Part shown: in pieces, positions 7,368-16,352 of the stretch
How the letters are laid out: the number at the start of each line of letters is the position of its first letter
Position numbering within the stretch: position 1 is the first letter of the stretch
DNA from: an uncultured Acidobacteriota bacterium
Lineage (GTDB): Bacteria > Acidobacteriota > Thermoanaerobaculia > Gp7-AA8
Length of the DNA: 64,000 nt
Direction: 5' to 3'
Assembly: GCA_963822445.1 (NCBI GenBank)
Contig: CAWGHO010000001.1
Coordinates: 800,001-864,000 of the forward strand
Program-made: the position numbers and the translations under genes
The notes under the pieces: generated by a model
Seen by the model: the letters and a program-made list of their open reading frames with translations, nothing else
What the model was told of the DNA's origin: nothing
Databases searched by the model: none

Positions 7368-9232
7368 CAGCGCCGCCCCGCCCTCTCCGACGCGAACACC
7401 GCGTTTCCGAACGCGTACCCGGCCTGTGACAGAAAGATCTCGAGTCCAGTCATGCTGTCGATCGGCGCGCGGTGCTCGGCGTTATCGCCGTAAAGGATAC
7501 CAATCGCGCGGGTGCCGTGCATGATCGGCAGCGCGACCACCTCCGTCGGAAGGAGACCTCCGAAGGCGTCGATGAGCTGCACGTTGGTTGGCGTGCGGCG
7601 CATCTTGCCGCGATGGGGCTCGCCGCCGACCGCCACGTCAGCGAGAATCGAAGGGTCGTTCCGGGCGATGCGCAGACGGCGCACGCGCGCGTCCATGGCT
7701 TCGTCCCCGCCGCCGGTGGTGCCGAAGCCGCCGAGGCCTACGAAGACGTCGTCGGAGGCCATGAAGAGTGCGCCGCGATCGAGATACTCGGCGGAAAGAC
7801 GCAGGATCGTGGCCGAGACCTGGCCGATGTCGTTCGGATTCGAAAGCTCGTTGATCAGCTGGCGCAGCAGGTTGAAGGAACGGTCCATCGTTTCCTTCGT
7901 AGCCATCTCGTAGAACTTCTTCCCCGCGTCGACACCGCCGCCGGTGATCTGTGTCCACTGATCGAACGAACGCTCGGCGAAGAGCACCAGCTCGTCGGCG
8001 AACATGGCCAGCTCCTCTTCCACGAGACCTGGCTGCAGGCGCTCGGGTGTGGGCTTGGTCACGTACAGATCGGCGCCGGAGCGAAGGAGCTCATGGCGGC
8101 GGCGGAGATCGGCGAGGGCGTCGATCATCACCACCGGCAGCCGGGGGTTCTTGCGCTTCAACTGCTGCATCAGCTTCGTCGACGCGTCGTCGTCGGTGAG
8201 CTCGAGGAAGGTCACGAAATAGCTGTTCGAGCGGAACAGGTCGGTCATGGCCGCGCGAACGTCGTCGAGCGATCCGTACTGCGAGATCTTCACGCCCATT
8301 TTCGAAAAGGCGCGCTTGGCCGCGACACGCACCATCGGGTTGCGCTCGAAGAGCACGACGTTGCGATACGCGGCGTCGGGCGACTCGACTTCGAACAGGC
8401 CGCCGGCGACTTTGAACTGACCCGACGTTCCGCCGGCTTTAGCCCCCGCTTCAGAAGGAGGTGGCTGGTCTTCGATGGGGGGAACCGCGGGCGACGCGCC
8501 GCTCAGATCGGGCAGCTCGTCGATGGGCGTGAACTCCTCGCGAGTCGGGAACTGCACGACGTTGTCCGTCGGCGGCACTGGCGCGATCGAGGGACGCGGG
8601 GGCGCTTCCGGCTCGGGCGGAGCGGACGCGATGGGTTGGCCGAGGCCGAGGTTCAGGGAGGCGGGTGTGGCTTCGGCGGGGGCGGAGCCGCGGAGGAGGG
8701 CCTTGCCGACCTTCAGCGATTCCTCGAGGCCCTTGAGAGGCTTGAGCTTCTCCGCGTCGCCGGCACCGAGAAGTTTCGACGGCGACAGACCGCCTTCCTT
8801 GAAGAGCTGGTCGGGTTCGTACTCCACGTCCAGCGCGCCCATGCTCTCGCTGAGGATGAAGTTGAACTCCCCTTCCTTGCTCGACAGCAGCGGCGTGACC
8901 ACGGTGAGGATCCGCTTGTGGACCGCCGCGGCCAGGTCGTCCTTCGAAAGCAGATTCAGGTCGAGGATCGACAGCCCGACGGGGATGCCGCGCTCCTCCA
9001 TCTGCCGGACCATGGCCGACTTCGCCGCCGGGATCAGTCCTGATGCTTCGAGAAAGCCGGTGAGATCGGATTGCTCGGGCGAGGCGGCGTTCACGACCAG
9101 GCCGTTGCGAAAGAGGACGGTGTGCCGGCCGGCGCTGTTGATGATCTCGAGCACGCCCGTGCGACGGCTGAGGTAGACGATCTGAACGATGTCGGTGAGG
9201 GAGAGGTCCTCGAGACGTCCGAGAAGACTCAT
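7367..9232 (-). CDS. DUF4388 + degenerate receiver + GAF domain protein
   Basis: N-terminal LLGRLEDLSLTDIVQIVYLSRRTGVL (DUF4388/PatA_N-like), Pro-rich linker, GADLYVTKP receiver-like segment, C-terminal VVALPIMHGTRAIGILYGDN GAF-like segment. Confidence 0.82.
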   Translation of the reverse strand: MSLLGRLEDLSLTDIVQIVYLSRRTGVLEIINSAGRHTVLFRNGLVVNAASPEQSDLTGFLEASGLIPAAKSAMVRQMEERGIPVGLSILDLNLLSKDDLAAAVHKRILTVVTPLLSSKEGEFNFILSESMGALDVEYEPDQLFKEGGLSPSKLLGAGDAEKLKPLKGLEESLKVGKALLRGSAPAEATPASLNLGLGQPIASAPPEPEAPPRPSIAPVPPTDNVVQFPTREEFTPIDELPDLSGASPAVPPIEDQPPPSEAGAKAGGTSGQFKVAGGLFEVESPDAAYRNVVLFERNPMVRVAAKRAFSKMGVKISQYGSLDDVRAAMTDLFRSNSYFVTFLELTDDDASTKLMQQLKRKNPRLPVVMIDALADLRRRHELLRSGADLYVTKPTPERLQPGLVEEELAMFADELVLFAERSFDQWTQITGGGVDAGKKFYEMATKETMDRSFNLLRQLINELSNPNDIGQVSATILRLSAEYLDRGALFMASDDVFVGLGGFGTTGGGDEAMDARVRRLRIARNDPSILADVAVGGEPHRGKMRRTPTNVQLIDAFGGLLPTEVVALPIMHGTRAIGILYGDNAEHRAPIDSMTGLEIFLSQAGYAFGNAVFASERAGRR

Positions 9233-9250
9233 GAGCGGCCCGCTCGGGCG

Positions 9251-9688
9251 TCAGTTCCTGGTCGCGCGTTCGTCAGCACCGGCGAGATTGTAGCGTTTCA
9301 ATATCCCGTCGAGGATGCCGTTGATGAACTGGCTGGACTTCTGCGTGCCGAACTTTTTCGCGATCTCGATGGCCTCGTCGATGACCACGAGCTTGGGCGT
9401 GTCGCTCTCGTGGAGGAACTCGTAGATCGACATGCGGATGATGTTGCGGTCGACGGCGGCCATCCGGGACAGGCGCCAGTTCTCGGCCTGGTTCTGGATC
9501 ATGTCGTCGATCTTCTCCAGGTTGTCGACCGTCCCCTTGAAGATCTTGGTCGCGAACTCGCGGGTGTTCGCCTTCGATTTCTGCAGCTCCTCGAACGTGC
9601 CGATGATCTGGTCCGGCTGGTTGCCGCCCATGTCGTGCTGAAAGAGCATCTGCAGTGCGAGCTCGCGTGCCTTGCGCCGGGCGCCCAT
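9251..9688 (-). CDS. nusB: Transcription antitermination factor NusB
   Basis: RRKARELALQMLFQ, NWRLSRMAAVDRNIIR, DEAIEIAKKF, FINGILD; downstream of ribH. Confidence 0.97.
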   Translation of the reverse strand: MGARRKARELALQMLFQHDMGGNQPDQIIGTFEELQKSKANTREFATKIFKGTVDNLEKIDDMIQNQAENWRLSRMAAVDRNIIRMSIYEFLHESDTPKLVVIDEAIEIAKKFGTQKSSQFINGILDGILKRYNLAGADERATRN

Positions 9689-10168
9689 CTAGGTCTCCTC
9701 CGTGCGAAGCGCGCGCCACAAGTTGGCCATCTCGATGGCCGCCAGCGCCGCCTCCCATCCTTTGTTTCCCGTGCCTTGCGAGGAGCGCTCGACGGCCTGC
9801 TCGTAGGTGTTGCAGGTGATCACGCCGAATGCGATCGGGAACCGCGTTTCGGTGGCCACGCGCGAAAGATCGTTGGTGACCTGCGCGGAGATGAAGTCGA
9901 AATGGGGGGTGTCGCCGCGCAGAAGACAGCCGAGGGTGACGAGGGCGTCGTACCGGTTGCCGTCGACGAGTTTTGCGGCGAGCGTGGGGATCTCGAAAGC
10001 ACCGGGAACGCGGAAGAGGGCGATGGAGTCGTCGTCCGCGCCGTGGCGGGTGAGACAGGAAACGGCGCCGTCGATCAGCCCGGACACGATCTCGTCGTTG
10101 AACCGGCTGGCGATGATGGCCACCCGGAGCCCGGCGGCACTCGAATTTCCCTCGAAAGAACGCGGCAT
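9689..10168 (-). CDS. ribH: 6,7-dimethyl-8-ribityllumazine synthase
   Basis: SRFN, VPGAFEIP, LGCLLRGDTPHFDFI, FGVIT, NKGWEAA. Confidence 0.97.
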   Translation of the reverse strand: MPRSFEGNSSAAGLRVAIIASRFNDEIVSGLIDGAVSCLTRHGADDDSIALFRVPGAFEIPTLAAKLVDGNRYDALVTLGCLLRGDTPHFDFISAQVTNDLSRVATETRFPIAFGVITCNTYEQAVERSSQGTGNKGWEAALAAIEMANLWRALRTEET

Positions 10169-10195
10169 TGCGGGCGCGGATTGTACTCTTTACGC
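10169..10195. promoter_or_regulatory. Putative overlapping divergent -10 boxes
   Basis: TACAAT on minus strand (10180-10185) and TACTCT on plus strand (10184-10189) in the 27-nt gap between divergent start codons. Confidence 0.5.
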
Positions 10196-10993
10196 ATGCA
10201 GCTGACCGACGAAGAGCGCGAGCACATCCGGCTGTCGGAGGAGTACCGGGCGGAGGTGCGGGCCAAGCTCGCCGGGCCACCGCGCGAAAAGCCGTGGTAC
10301 GCGGAGTTCACCATGCCGATGATCATGCTCGCTGCCACCGCGCTGGTCAGCGGTCTCCTCGTGCCGTTCATCCTCGGCAAAGTGGACGATCAGCGGCGCG
10401 AGTTCGAGCTCCAGTCGAAACTGATCGAGCAGATCGTGGGCGATGACGCAGCGGCGCAGATGGCGCTCTACCAGTACCGTGGCAGCGCTGCCGACTTCAA
10501 GATGACCAAGCTCAACGCTGAGTTGGAGAAACGCTTCAACACCCTGCGTTCGCTCGACGCCGAAGAGCGCCAGGCGCGGCGCGCCGAGCTCCAGCAGAAA
10601 GTGCTACGCGCGCACGACCTCTACGACGAAGCTTACGCAGCGATGTCATCGAGCATGACGAAGTACTTCATCGAGCAACGCGGCAACATCGAGTGGGTAC
10701 GGCTGCACTACGGCGACAAAGAGCCGCTCCGGAACTACGTTCGAGCCTCGCGCCTCGAGACCAGCGAGGCAGTGCGGAACCTCAGGCCATACCATGAAGA
10801 GCTGAACCGCATTTACAACCACGCCGCCGCTCAGTTGAGAACCTGCACTGACGAAAAGGCCTGTCAACAGTTCTTCGATGACATCGACATTGCGGTGCAA
10901 AGGCTTCGCAACAATGAGCCGAACTTCAAAGCCTGGGAAGACGCCAAGCGCCAACTCGTGCACTTCATCAGCACCAACGACCCGCGGATCTAG
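10196..10993 (+). CDS. Hypothetical single-TM, helical/coiled-coil protein (265 aa)
   Basis: Real start is probably ATG 10196 (MQLTDEEREH...); the upstream part of track ORF 9071..10993 is antisense to nusB/ribH. One TM (IMLAATALVSGLLVPFIL). Confidence 0.75.
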   Translation: MQLTDEEREHIRLSEEYRAEVRAKLAGPPREKPWYAEFTMPMIMLAATALVSGLLVPFILGKVDDQRREFELQSKLIEQIVGDDAAAQMALYQYRGSAADFKMTKLNAELEKRFNTLRSLDAEERQARRAELQQKVLRAHDLYDEAYAAMSSSMTKYFIEQRGNIEWVRLHYGDKEPLRNYVRASRLETSEAVRNLRPYHEELNRIYNHAAAQLRTCTDEKACQQFFDDIDIAVQRLRNNEPNFKAWEDAKRQLVHFISTNDPRI

Positions 10994-12835
10994 CTACCGC
11001 GAACCACCGGCGACCACCGCGGGCCGAACGCTCGTCTCGCCCTCGCGAGAATAGAAATCCACGAGCCCCTGATAAATCGCCTCGGCCAGCTGCTGCCGGT
11101 ATTTCTTCGTCTTGATCAGGGCCCGGTCCTTCTCGTTGCCGAGGTTGCAGACCTCGAGGAGCATGCGGGTGGGGACCATGTTGTGGCGGATGACCGCGGG
11201 CACCCACTCGCTCTTGCGGCGGATCACGTTGTCGCGCACCGGCTCGAACGGATGGACCTTCAGACCGTTGCGGGTGAACGACGTCATCACCGTCTGGGCG
11301 AGATCGCGCGACAGACCTTCCGCGCGCAAAGCCTCGTCGCGAGACTGGGTCACCGTCGGCTGCTCCCGCACCTCGGCGCGGGTCAGGTAGATGTCCCCCT
11401 TCTTGCGATACGTGCCGGTCACGAACGCCGCGCCGGGCACGTAGGCCATGGCGCCGCGCAGCGAGGGATGGAGCGAGTCGGCGTGAATCGAAAGAAAGAC
11501 GACCTTCTCCTTCGGCACGCCGGTGCTCATGGCCCGGCGGAAGATCGAGTTCGCCAGATACCAGCGCAGGTTCACGCCGACGATCGCGTCGTCGAGCAGA
11601 TACCGCGGCGTGGTCTGCACGTAATGATCGCGGGGCGGATCCGCGATCACGTTCTTCTCCACGACCGAGAAGCCTGTCGACTTCGACTTCGTGGTCATGG
11701 CCACCTTCGCGCCGCTCTGTTTTTCCAGAAGGCGTTTGAGGCGGCAGGCCACGTCGTACACGTAGATCGATTCCCAGACGTCGTCGTGCTCGGTGCCGAC
11801 GTCCCGGCCGCCGTGACCCGCGTCGAGGATCACCTGCACGCCGGCCAGCCCCTTCGCGCGCGTCCGTTTGGCGACCTTCGCGCTCTCGCGGCGGGTCGTC
11901 TCGCGGGCCAGGCGCTCGGGATCGTCCTGCGGCAGGAACTCGGGCAGGAGCAGGTCCATGGGGATCTTCACCGGATGGCCGACGCGGAGCTTCGACACAT
12001 CCTCGATCTCGTTGAACTTGACGATCCGCTCGAGCACGTCGCCGACGTCGGTCGCGTAGACGCGGCCGGTGAAGCGGATGGCCACCGACGAGTAGAGCGC
12101 CTCCCCTTTCTGCAGCCGGTAGACCGCGAAAGGCTCGGACGCGGAACGATCGTAGGTCAGTGACGGCGTTCCCAGAGCGACCGCAGCCGCCTCCGGTACA
12201 TTTTCATCCGCTGCTGCACGCTGAGTCTGATCGTCCGCTGGCTTCCGAACCTCTGCTGCCGTCTTCGGTGCATTCTCTTCCTCCGAGCCCCCGCCGAATG
12301 CGGCGGTGAGCAGTCGCTGTGGAACGAGGATCACGTCACCTTTACGAGTCGAGAGTCCCTGGCTGGGGTTGGCTTTCCGGATGAGCGAGTAATTGGCGCC
12401 GTCGCCGGTGAACCACTCCGCGATGTTCCAGAGCGATTCCCCTTCGACGCCGCGGGCCCCGACGACGACGTGCCTCCAGCCTTCGGCAGTCATCTTGTCG
12501 TTCGGGAAAAGAGTGGCGATCACGTCGCGCTGCAGGTTCGCGCGAAGCATGGCGAACGGCACGAGGACCGACTGATCGCTGGTCAGCTTGTCGTCGGCCT
12601 GATTGAACGCGGCGATGTCCTCCCAGTTCGCGGCGTCGCCGGTCACGCGACGGGCCAGGCGGGTCCAGGCGTCACCGGCGTGCGGTTTGACCGTGACTTC
12701 GATCTGGTAGTCGCGCGTCATCGTCGCGCGCACGCCGGGCGCAATCTGGGCGCTGGCAATCGGAGTCTGGGAAGGGGCGGCGAGGAGGACCCGGGCCGAG
12801 AGGATTACGACTGACACCACCCACCACTTACGCAC
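10994..12835 (-). CDS. N-acetylmuramoyl-L-alanine amidase (Amidase_3) with LysM-like N-terminal repeats
   Basis: Signal peptide; ILDAGHGG, E, SIHADS, LLEVCNL zinc-amidase motifs; segments VKPHAGDAW, GESLWNIA, YRLQKGEAL. Confidence 0.88.
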   Translation of the reverse strand: MRKWWVVSVVILSARVLLAAPSQTPIASAQIAPGVRATMTRDYQIEVTVKPHAGDAWTRLARRVTGDAANWEDIAAFNQADDKLTSDQSVLVPFAMLRANLQRDVIATLFPNDKMTAEGWRHVVVGARGVEGESLWNIAEWFTGDGANYSLIRKANPSQGLSTRKGDVILVPQRLLTAAFGGGSEEENAPKTAAEVRKPADDQTQRAAADENVPEAAAVALGTPSLTYDRSASEPFAVYRLQKGEALYSSVAIRFTGRVYATDVGDVLERIVKFNEIEDVSKLRVGHPVKIPMDLLLPEFLPQDDPERLARETTRRESAKVAKRTRAKGLAGVQVILDAGHGGRDVGTEHDDVWESIYVYDVACRLKRLLEKQSGAKVAMTTKSKSTGFSVVEKNVIADPPRDHYVQTTPRYLLDDAIVGVNLRWYLANSIFRRAMSTGVPKEKVVFLSIHADSLHPSLRGAMAYVPGAAFVTGTYRKKGDIYLTRAEVREQPTVTQSRDEALRAEGLSRDLAQTVMTSFTRNGLKVHPFEPVRDNVIRRKSEWVPAVIRHNMVPTRMLLEVCNLGNEKDRALIKTKKYRQQLAEAIYQGLVDFYSREGETSVRPAVVAGGSR

Positions 12836-12850
12836 GAAAGGAATTGTACG

Positions 12851-13138
12851 CTACTTGGCCTGGCAGCCGCCGTTGGCCTGGCAATACCCGCGAATCGGCT
12901 CGCCCGCGCACTGCACGGTCACGAAGTCGTACCGGAAGCCCCCGCAATGAGCGGCCGAGCAACGGAAGCGCGCAACCTCCGCGCATTGTGCGGGCTGCGG
13001 CCGCGGCGGATTGCCGAACGACGGAACATCGCTGCGGCCGATGACGGTGCCGCCCGGGTACGGGAGAGGACGCCGGGGGTGCATGCAGGCGGGAGCGAGG
13101 AGGAAGATGACCAGTGCGAGGACAGCGATTCTTCGCAT
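12851..13138 (-). CDS. Small Cys-rich putative lipoprotein
   Basis: MRRIAVLALVIFLLAPA-C lipobox-like end of signal; six further Cys; fills the gap between gatA and the amidase. Confidence 0.65.
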   Translation of the reverse strand: MRRIAVLALVIFLLAPACMHPRRPLPYPGGTVIGRSDVPSFGNPPRPQPAQCAEVARFRCSAAHCGGFRYDFVTVQCAGEPIRGYCQANGGCQAK

Positions 13139-13144
13139 GGACCT

Positions 13145-14536
13145 TCAAGATAGGCCCGGAGGCAGCCGCCGCCAATACCCCGTCTCCCCCTCGAACCAGT
13201 CCGCCGCGCGAAACAGCGACCGCTCCGAAAAGTGGGGTCCCATCAACTGCAGGGACAGCGGCAATCCGGCCTTGTCGAATCCCGAGGGAACCGCGATCGC
13301 GGGAACGCCGACGAGGTTCGCCGGCGCGGTGAAGATGTCCGAGAGATACATGCTCAGCGGATCGTCGCTCTTCGCCCCGATCGCAAACGCTGACTCCGGC
13401 GTGGTCGGAGTGACGAGGTAGTTGAACGATTTGAAGGCCTCGTTCATCTCGTGCCGCAACTTCGCGCGGACCCGCTGGGCGCGGCCGTAATACGCGTCGT
13501 AGTACCCCGACGACAAAGCGAACGTGCCGATCATGATCCGCCGCTTCACCTCGGCGCCGAAGCCCTCACCGCGCGAATCGGAGTAAACCTCGTCGAGCGT
13601 CCGCGCACGCTCGCTGCGATGTCCATAGCGGATACCGTCGAACCGCGCCAGGTTCGCACTCGCCTCGGCATTGGCGACGATGTAGTAAATCGCGATCGCG
13701 TAACCGATCGAGGGCACGCTCGCTTCGCTGACGACGGCACCGCCGCGGCGGTGCACGTCGAGCGCCTCCTCGAAATTCGCGCGAACGTCGCCGCCGAGCT
13801 GCTCGACCGCTTCTTTGACCACGCCGAACCGCAGCCCCTTCACGCCCTGGCCGAGGTCCGCGCTGTACTGCCCCGCGGCCTCGGTGCTGGACGTCGAATC
13901 GTGCGGATCGTGTCCGGCGATGATCTCCAGCATTTCCGCGGATTCGCGCACGGTCTTGGTGACGATGCCGATCTGGTCGAGGCCGGACGCGAACGCGACG
14001 AGCCCCCATCGCGAGACGCGGCCGTACGTCGGCTTCAATCCGACGACGCCGCAGAGCGCCGCGGGCTGCCGCACCGATCCGCCGGTCTCCGATCCCAGCG
14101 CCACCGGCACCATCCGCGCGGCAACGGCCGCCGCGGAACCGCCCGACGATCCGCCAGGGACGCGCGAGATGTCCCACGGATTGCGCGCCGGGCCGAACGC
14201 CGAGTGCTCATTGGACGAGCCCATCGCGAACTCGTCGAGGTTGGTCTTTCCGACGATCGCCGCGCCGGCCGTGCGCAAGCGTGCGACCGCCGTCGCATCG
14301 AACGGCGAGCGGAAGACGCCGAGGATCTTCGAGCCGCAGGTTGCCGGGGCGTCGGTTGTGACGATGTTGTCTTTCACAGCGACCGGCAACGCGCCTTCCG
14401 CGCCGCCGTTGACGTGCAGAAACGCGTTGAGCGCCGGATTGCGAGCCTGAATCGCGCGCAGTGAAGCCTCGACATACTCGCGAGCCGAGACTTTTCCGCG
14501 GGCCTCGGTGAACGGCAACTCCAGGAGATCACTCAC
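13145..14536 (-). CDS. gatA: Asp/Glu-tRNA amidotransferase subunit A
   Basis: VAVKDNI, GKTNLDEFAMGSS, GGSSGGS, GSETGGSVRQPA, EVKRRIMIGTFALSSGYYDAYY. Confidence 0.97.
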   Translation of the reverse strand: MSDLLELPFTEARGKVSAREYVEASLRAIQARNPALNAFLHVNGGAEGALPVAVKDNIVTTDAPATCGSKILGVFRSPFDATAVARLRTAGAAIVGKTNLDEFAMGSSNEHSAFGPARNPWDISRVPGGSSGGSAAAVAARMVPVALGSETGGSVRQPAALCGVVGLKPTYGRVSRWGLVAFASGLDQIGIVTKTVRESAEMLEIIAGHDPHDSTSSTEAAGQYSADLGQGVKGLRFGVVKEAVEQLGGDVRANFEEALDVHRRGGAVVSEASVPSIGYAIAIYYIVANAEASANLARFDGIRYGHRSERARTLDEVYSDSRGEGFGAEVKRRIMIGTFALSSGYYDAYYGRAQRVRAKLRHEMNEAFKSFNYLVTPTTPESAFAIGAKSDDPLSMYLSDIFTAPANLVGVPAIAVPSGFDKAGLPLSLQLMGPHFSERSLFRAADWFEGETGYWRRLPPGLS

Positions 14537-14813
14537 CGCCGATCACCTTCGGCACGACGAAGAATCCATCCCGCCAGGCCGGCGCGTTCCGCGCGACCGC
14601 TTCCCGATCGATTGACGCTTGCGGCTCATCCTCGCGAAAGGGAGTCACGAGCTGGCCGCTCTCCTCGAACCCTTCCACGTCGACCTCGCGAAGCTGATCG
14701 ATGTAGGTGAGGATCTTCGTCATCTCGGCGGCCATGCGCTCGAGCCCGGGCTCATCGAACTCGAGATGGGCCAGGGTGGCGATGCGGCTCGCTTCGTCGC
14801 GATCGATTTTCAT
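14529..14813 (-). CDS. gatC: Asp/Glu-tRNA amidotransferase subunit C
   Basis: MKIDRDEASRIATLAHLEF...ILTYIDQL...REDE...NAP...FFVVPKVI; start ATG 14813 inside the over-extended track ORF; overlaps gatA start. Confidence 0.93.
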   Translation of the reverse strand: MKIDRDEASRIATLAHLEFDEPGLERMAAEMTKILTYIDQLREVDVEGFEESGQLVTPFREDEPQASIDREAVARNAPAWRDGFFVVPKVIGGE

Positions 14814-14885
14814 GGCCGGCGAGTGTATTTCAAGGTCGTGTAGGACGCCGCTGGTAGGTTTTGTGCTTATTACTGGCCAAAACTC

Positions 14886-16346
14886 ATGCTGAATCACGAT
14901 CTCGCCAGCGGTTCGCGGCCGCAGTCCATCCTCCCGGACAGCGGCACACACCTCGTGCAGTTTTACGAGCACGAGGAGTTCCTGTTCGAGGTGGTGGCGG
15001 CGTTCATCGGTCAGGCGCTGACGGCCGGTGAGCCGGTCGTGGTCATCGCCACTCCCGAGCATTGCCAGGGATTCAGCGACCATCTGATCGCGAAAGGCTT
15101 CGATCCCACCCGCGTGACGTTCGCCGATGCGCGGGAGACGATGGCGAGGTTCATGACCGGCGGCATGCCCGACGCCCAGAAGTTCATGACGACGATCGGC
15201 GGCGTGCTGGAGCAGATGATCGGCGCGCACCATCGCATCAGCGCGTACGGGGAAATGGTCGATCTGCTCTGGCGCGATGGAAATCCCGAAGCGGCGATCC
15301 GCCTCGAAGAGCTCTGGAACGACCTGGGCACGCTCTATCCCTTCACCCTCCTCTGCGCGTATCCGATGGGCAACTTCTACAAGGAAAGCGATGCTCGCCT
15401 CTTCGCGAATGTCTGCGAAACGCACGGCCGCGTCTTTCCCGCGGAGACTTTCACCCGCGGCGCCGACGATGACGCGCGGTTGCGCGAGATCGCCGCGCTG
15501 CAGCAGCGTGCCGCGGCGCTGGAAGCGGAAGTCGAGCATCGCCGCCAGCTCGAGCTCGCACTGCGCGACGCGCTCGGTGCACGCCGTGAAGCGGAAGACG
15601 AACTGCGCGCGAAGCTCGAAGAGAACTCACGGCTCTACGCGCTCGCGCAGGAGAACATCCGGACCAAGGACGAGTTCCTGGCCACGCTCTCCCACGAGCT
15701 GCGCACGCCGCTGACGGCCATCCTCGGCTGGGCGAAGCTGCTGAATCTCGGAACGCTGGACGAAGCAACGATGCGCGTCGGCTGCGAGACCATCGAGCGC
15801 AGTGCGCGAACGCAGGCCGCGCTGATCGACGACCTGCTCGACCTCTCGCGCGTGGTCACCGGCAAGCTCTCGATGCGCAACGAGCCGGTGGATCTCGCGA
15901 ACGTCGTCAGGAACGCCGTCGAGACGATGCAGCTCGCCGCCGAAGCGCGCGCGATTCGAATCCTCGTCGACGTGCCCGCGGACGCGATGGTCGCGAATGG
16001 CGACGCAACCCGCCTCCAGCAGATCGCCTGGAACCTGATCTCGAACGCGGTGAAGTTCTCCACCGTCGAATCGGAGATCGCGGTCGCGCTCACCCGCCAG
16101 GGCGATCGGGCGACGCTCGTCGTGAGCGACAGCGGCTGCGGCATCACGGCTGATTTCCTGCCGCACGTCTTCGAGCCGTTCCGCCAGGCCGACGGCGCCA
16201 GCACCCGCCATCACAACGGTCTGGGATTGGGCCTGGCGATCGTGAAGTACATCGCCGAGCTGCACGGCGGGAGCGTCACCGCGAAGAGCGACGGTGCCGG
16301 CAAGGGCGCGACGTTTACCGTGACCGTGCCGCTGGCGACCGCGTAA
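14886..16346 (+). CDS. MEDS-domain sensor histidine kinase
   Basis: HLVQFYE...AYGEMVDLLW...LEELWN...LLCAY (MEDS); FLATLSHELRTPL H-box; NLISNAVKF, DSGCG, GLGLGL. Confidence 0.93.
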   Translation: MLNHDLASGSRPQSILPDSGTHLVQFYEHEEFLFEVVAAFIGQALTAGEPVVVIATPEHCQGFSDHLIAKGFDPTRVTFADARETMARFMTGGMPDAQKFMTTIGGVLEQMIGAHHRISAYGEMVDLLWRDGNPEAAIRLEELWNDLGTLYPFTLLCAYPMGNFYKESDARLFANVCETHGRVFPAETFTRGADDDARLREIAALQQRAAALEAEVEHRRQLELALRDALGARREAEDELRAKLEENSRLYALAQENIRTKDEFLATLSHELRTPLTAILGWAKLLNLGTLDEATMRVGCETIERSARTQAALIDDLLDLSRVVTGKLSMRNEPVDLANVVRNAVETMQLAAEARAIRILVDVPADAMVANGDATRLQQIAWNLISNAVKFSTVESEIAVALTRQGDRATLVVSDSGCGITADFLPHVFEPFRQADGASTRHHNGLGLGLAIVKYIAELHGGSVTAKSDGAGKGATFTVTVPLATA

Positions 16347-16352
16347 AGCGCG

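Noticed and set aside
9071-10195. N-terminal 375 codons of the 640-aa ORF 9071..10993
   Set aside because: Antisense to nusB/ribH; the protein-like part begins at ATG 10196
13145-14813. gatCA without gatB as an anomaly
   Set aside because: gatB is often encoded elsewhere; cannot be judged from one window
14814-15539. Long N-terminal extension of gatC
   Set aside because: Antisense to the MEDS kinase; GatC homology starts at 14813
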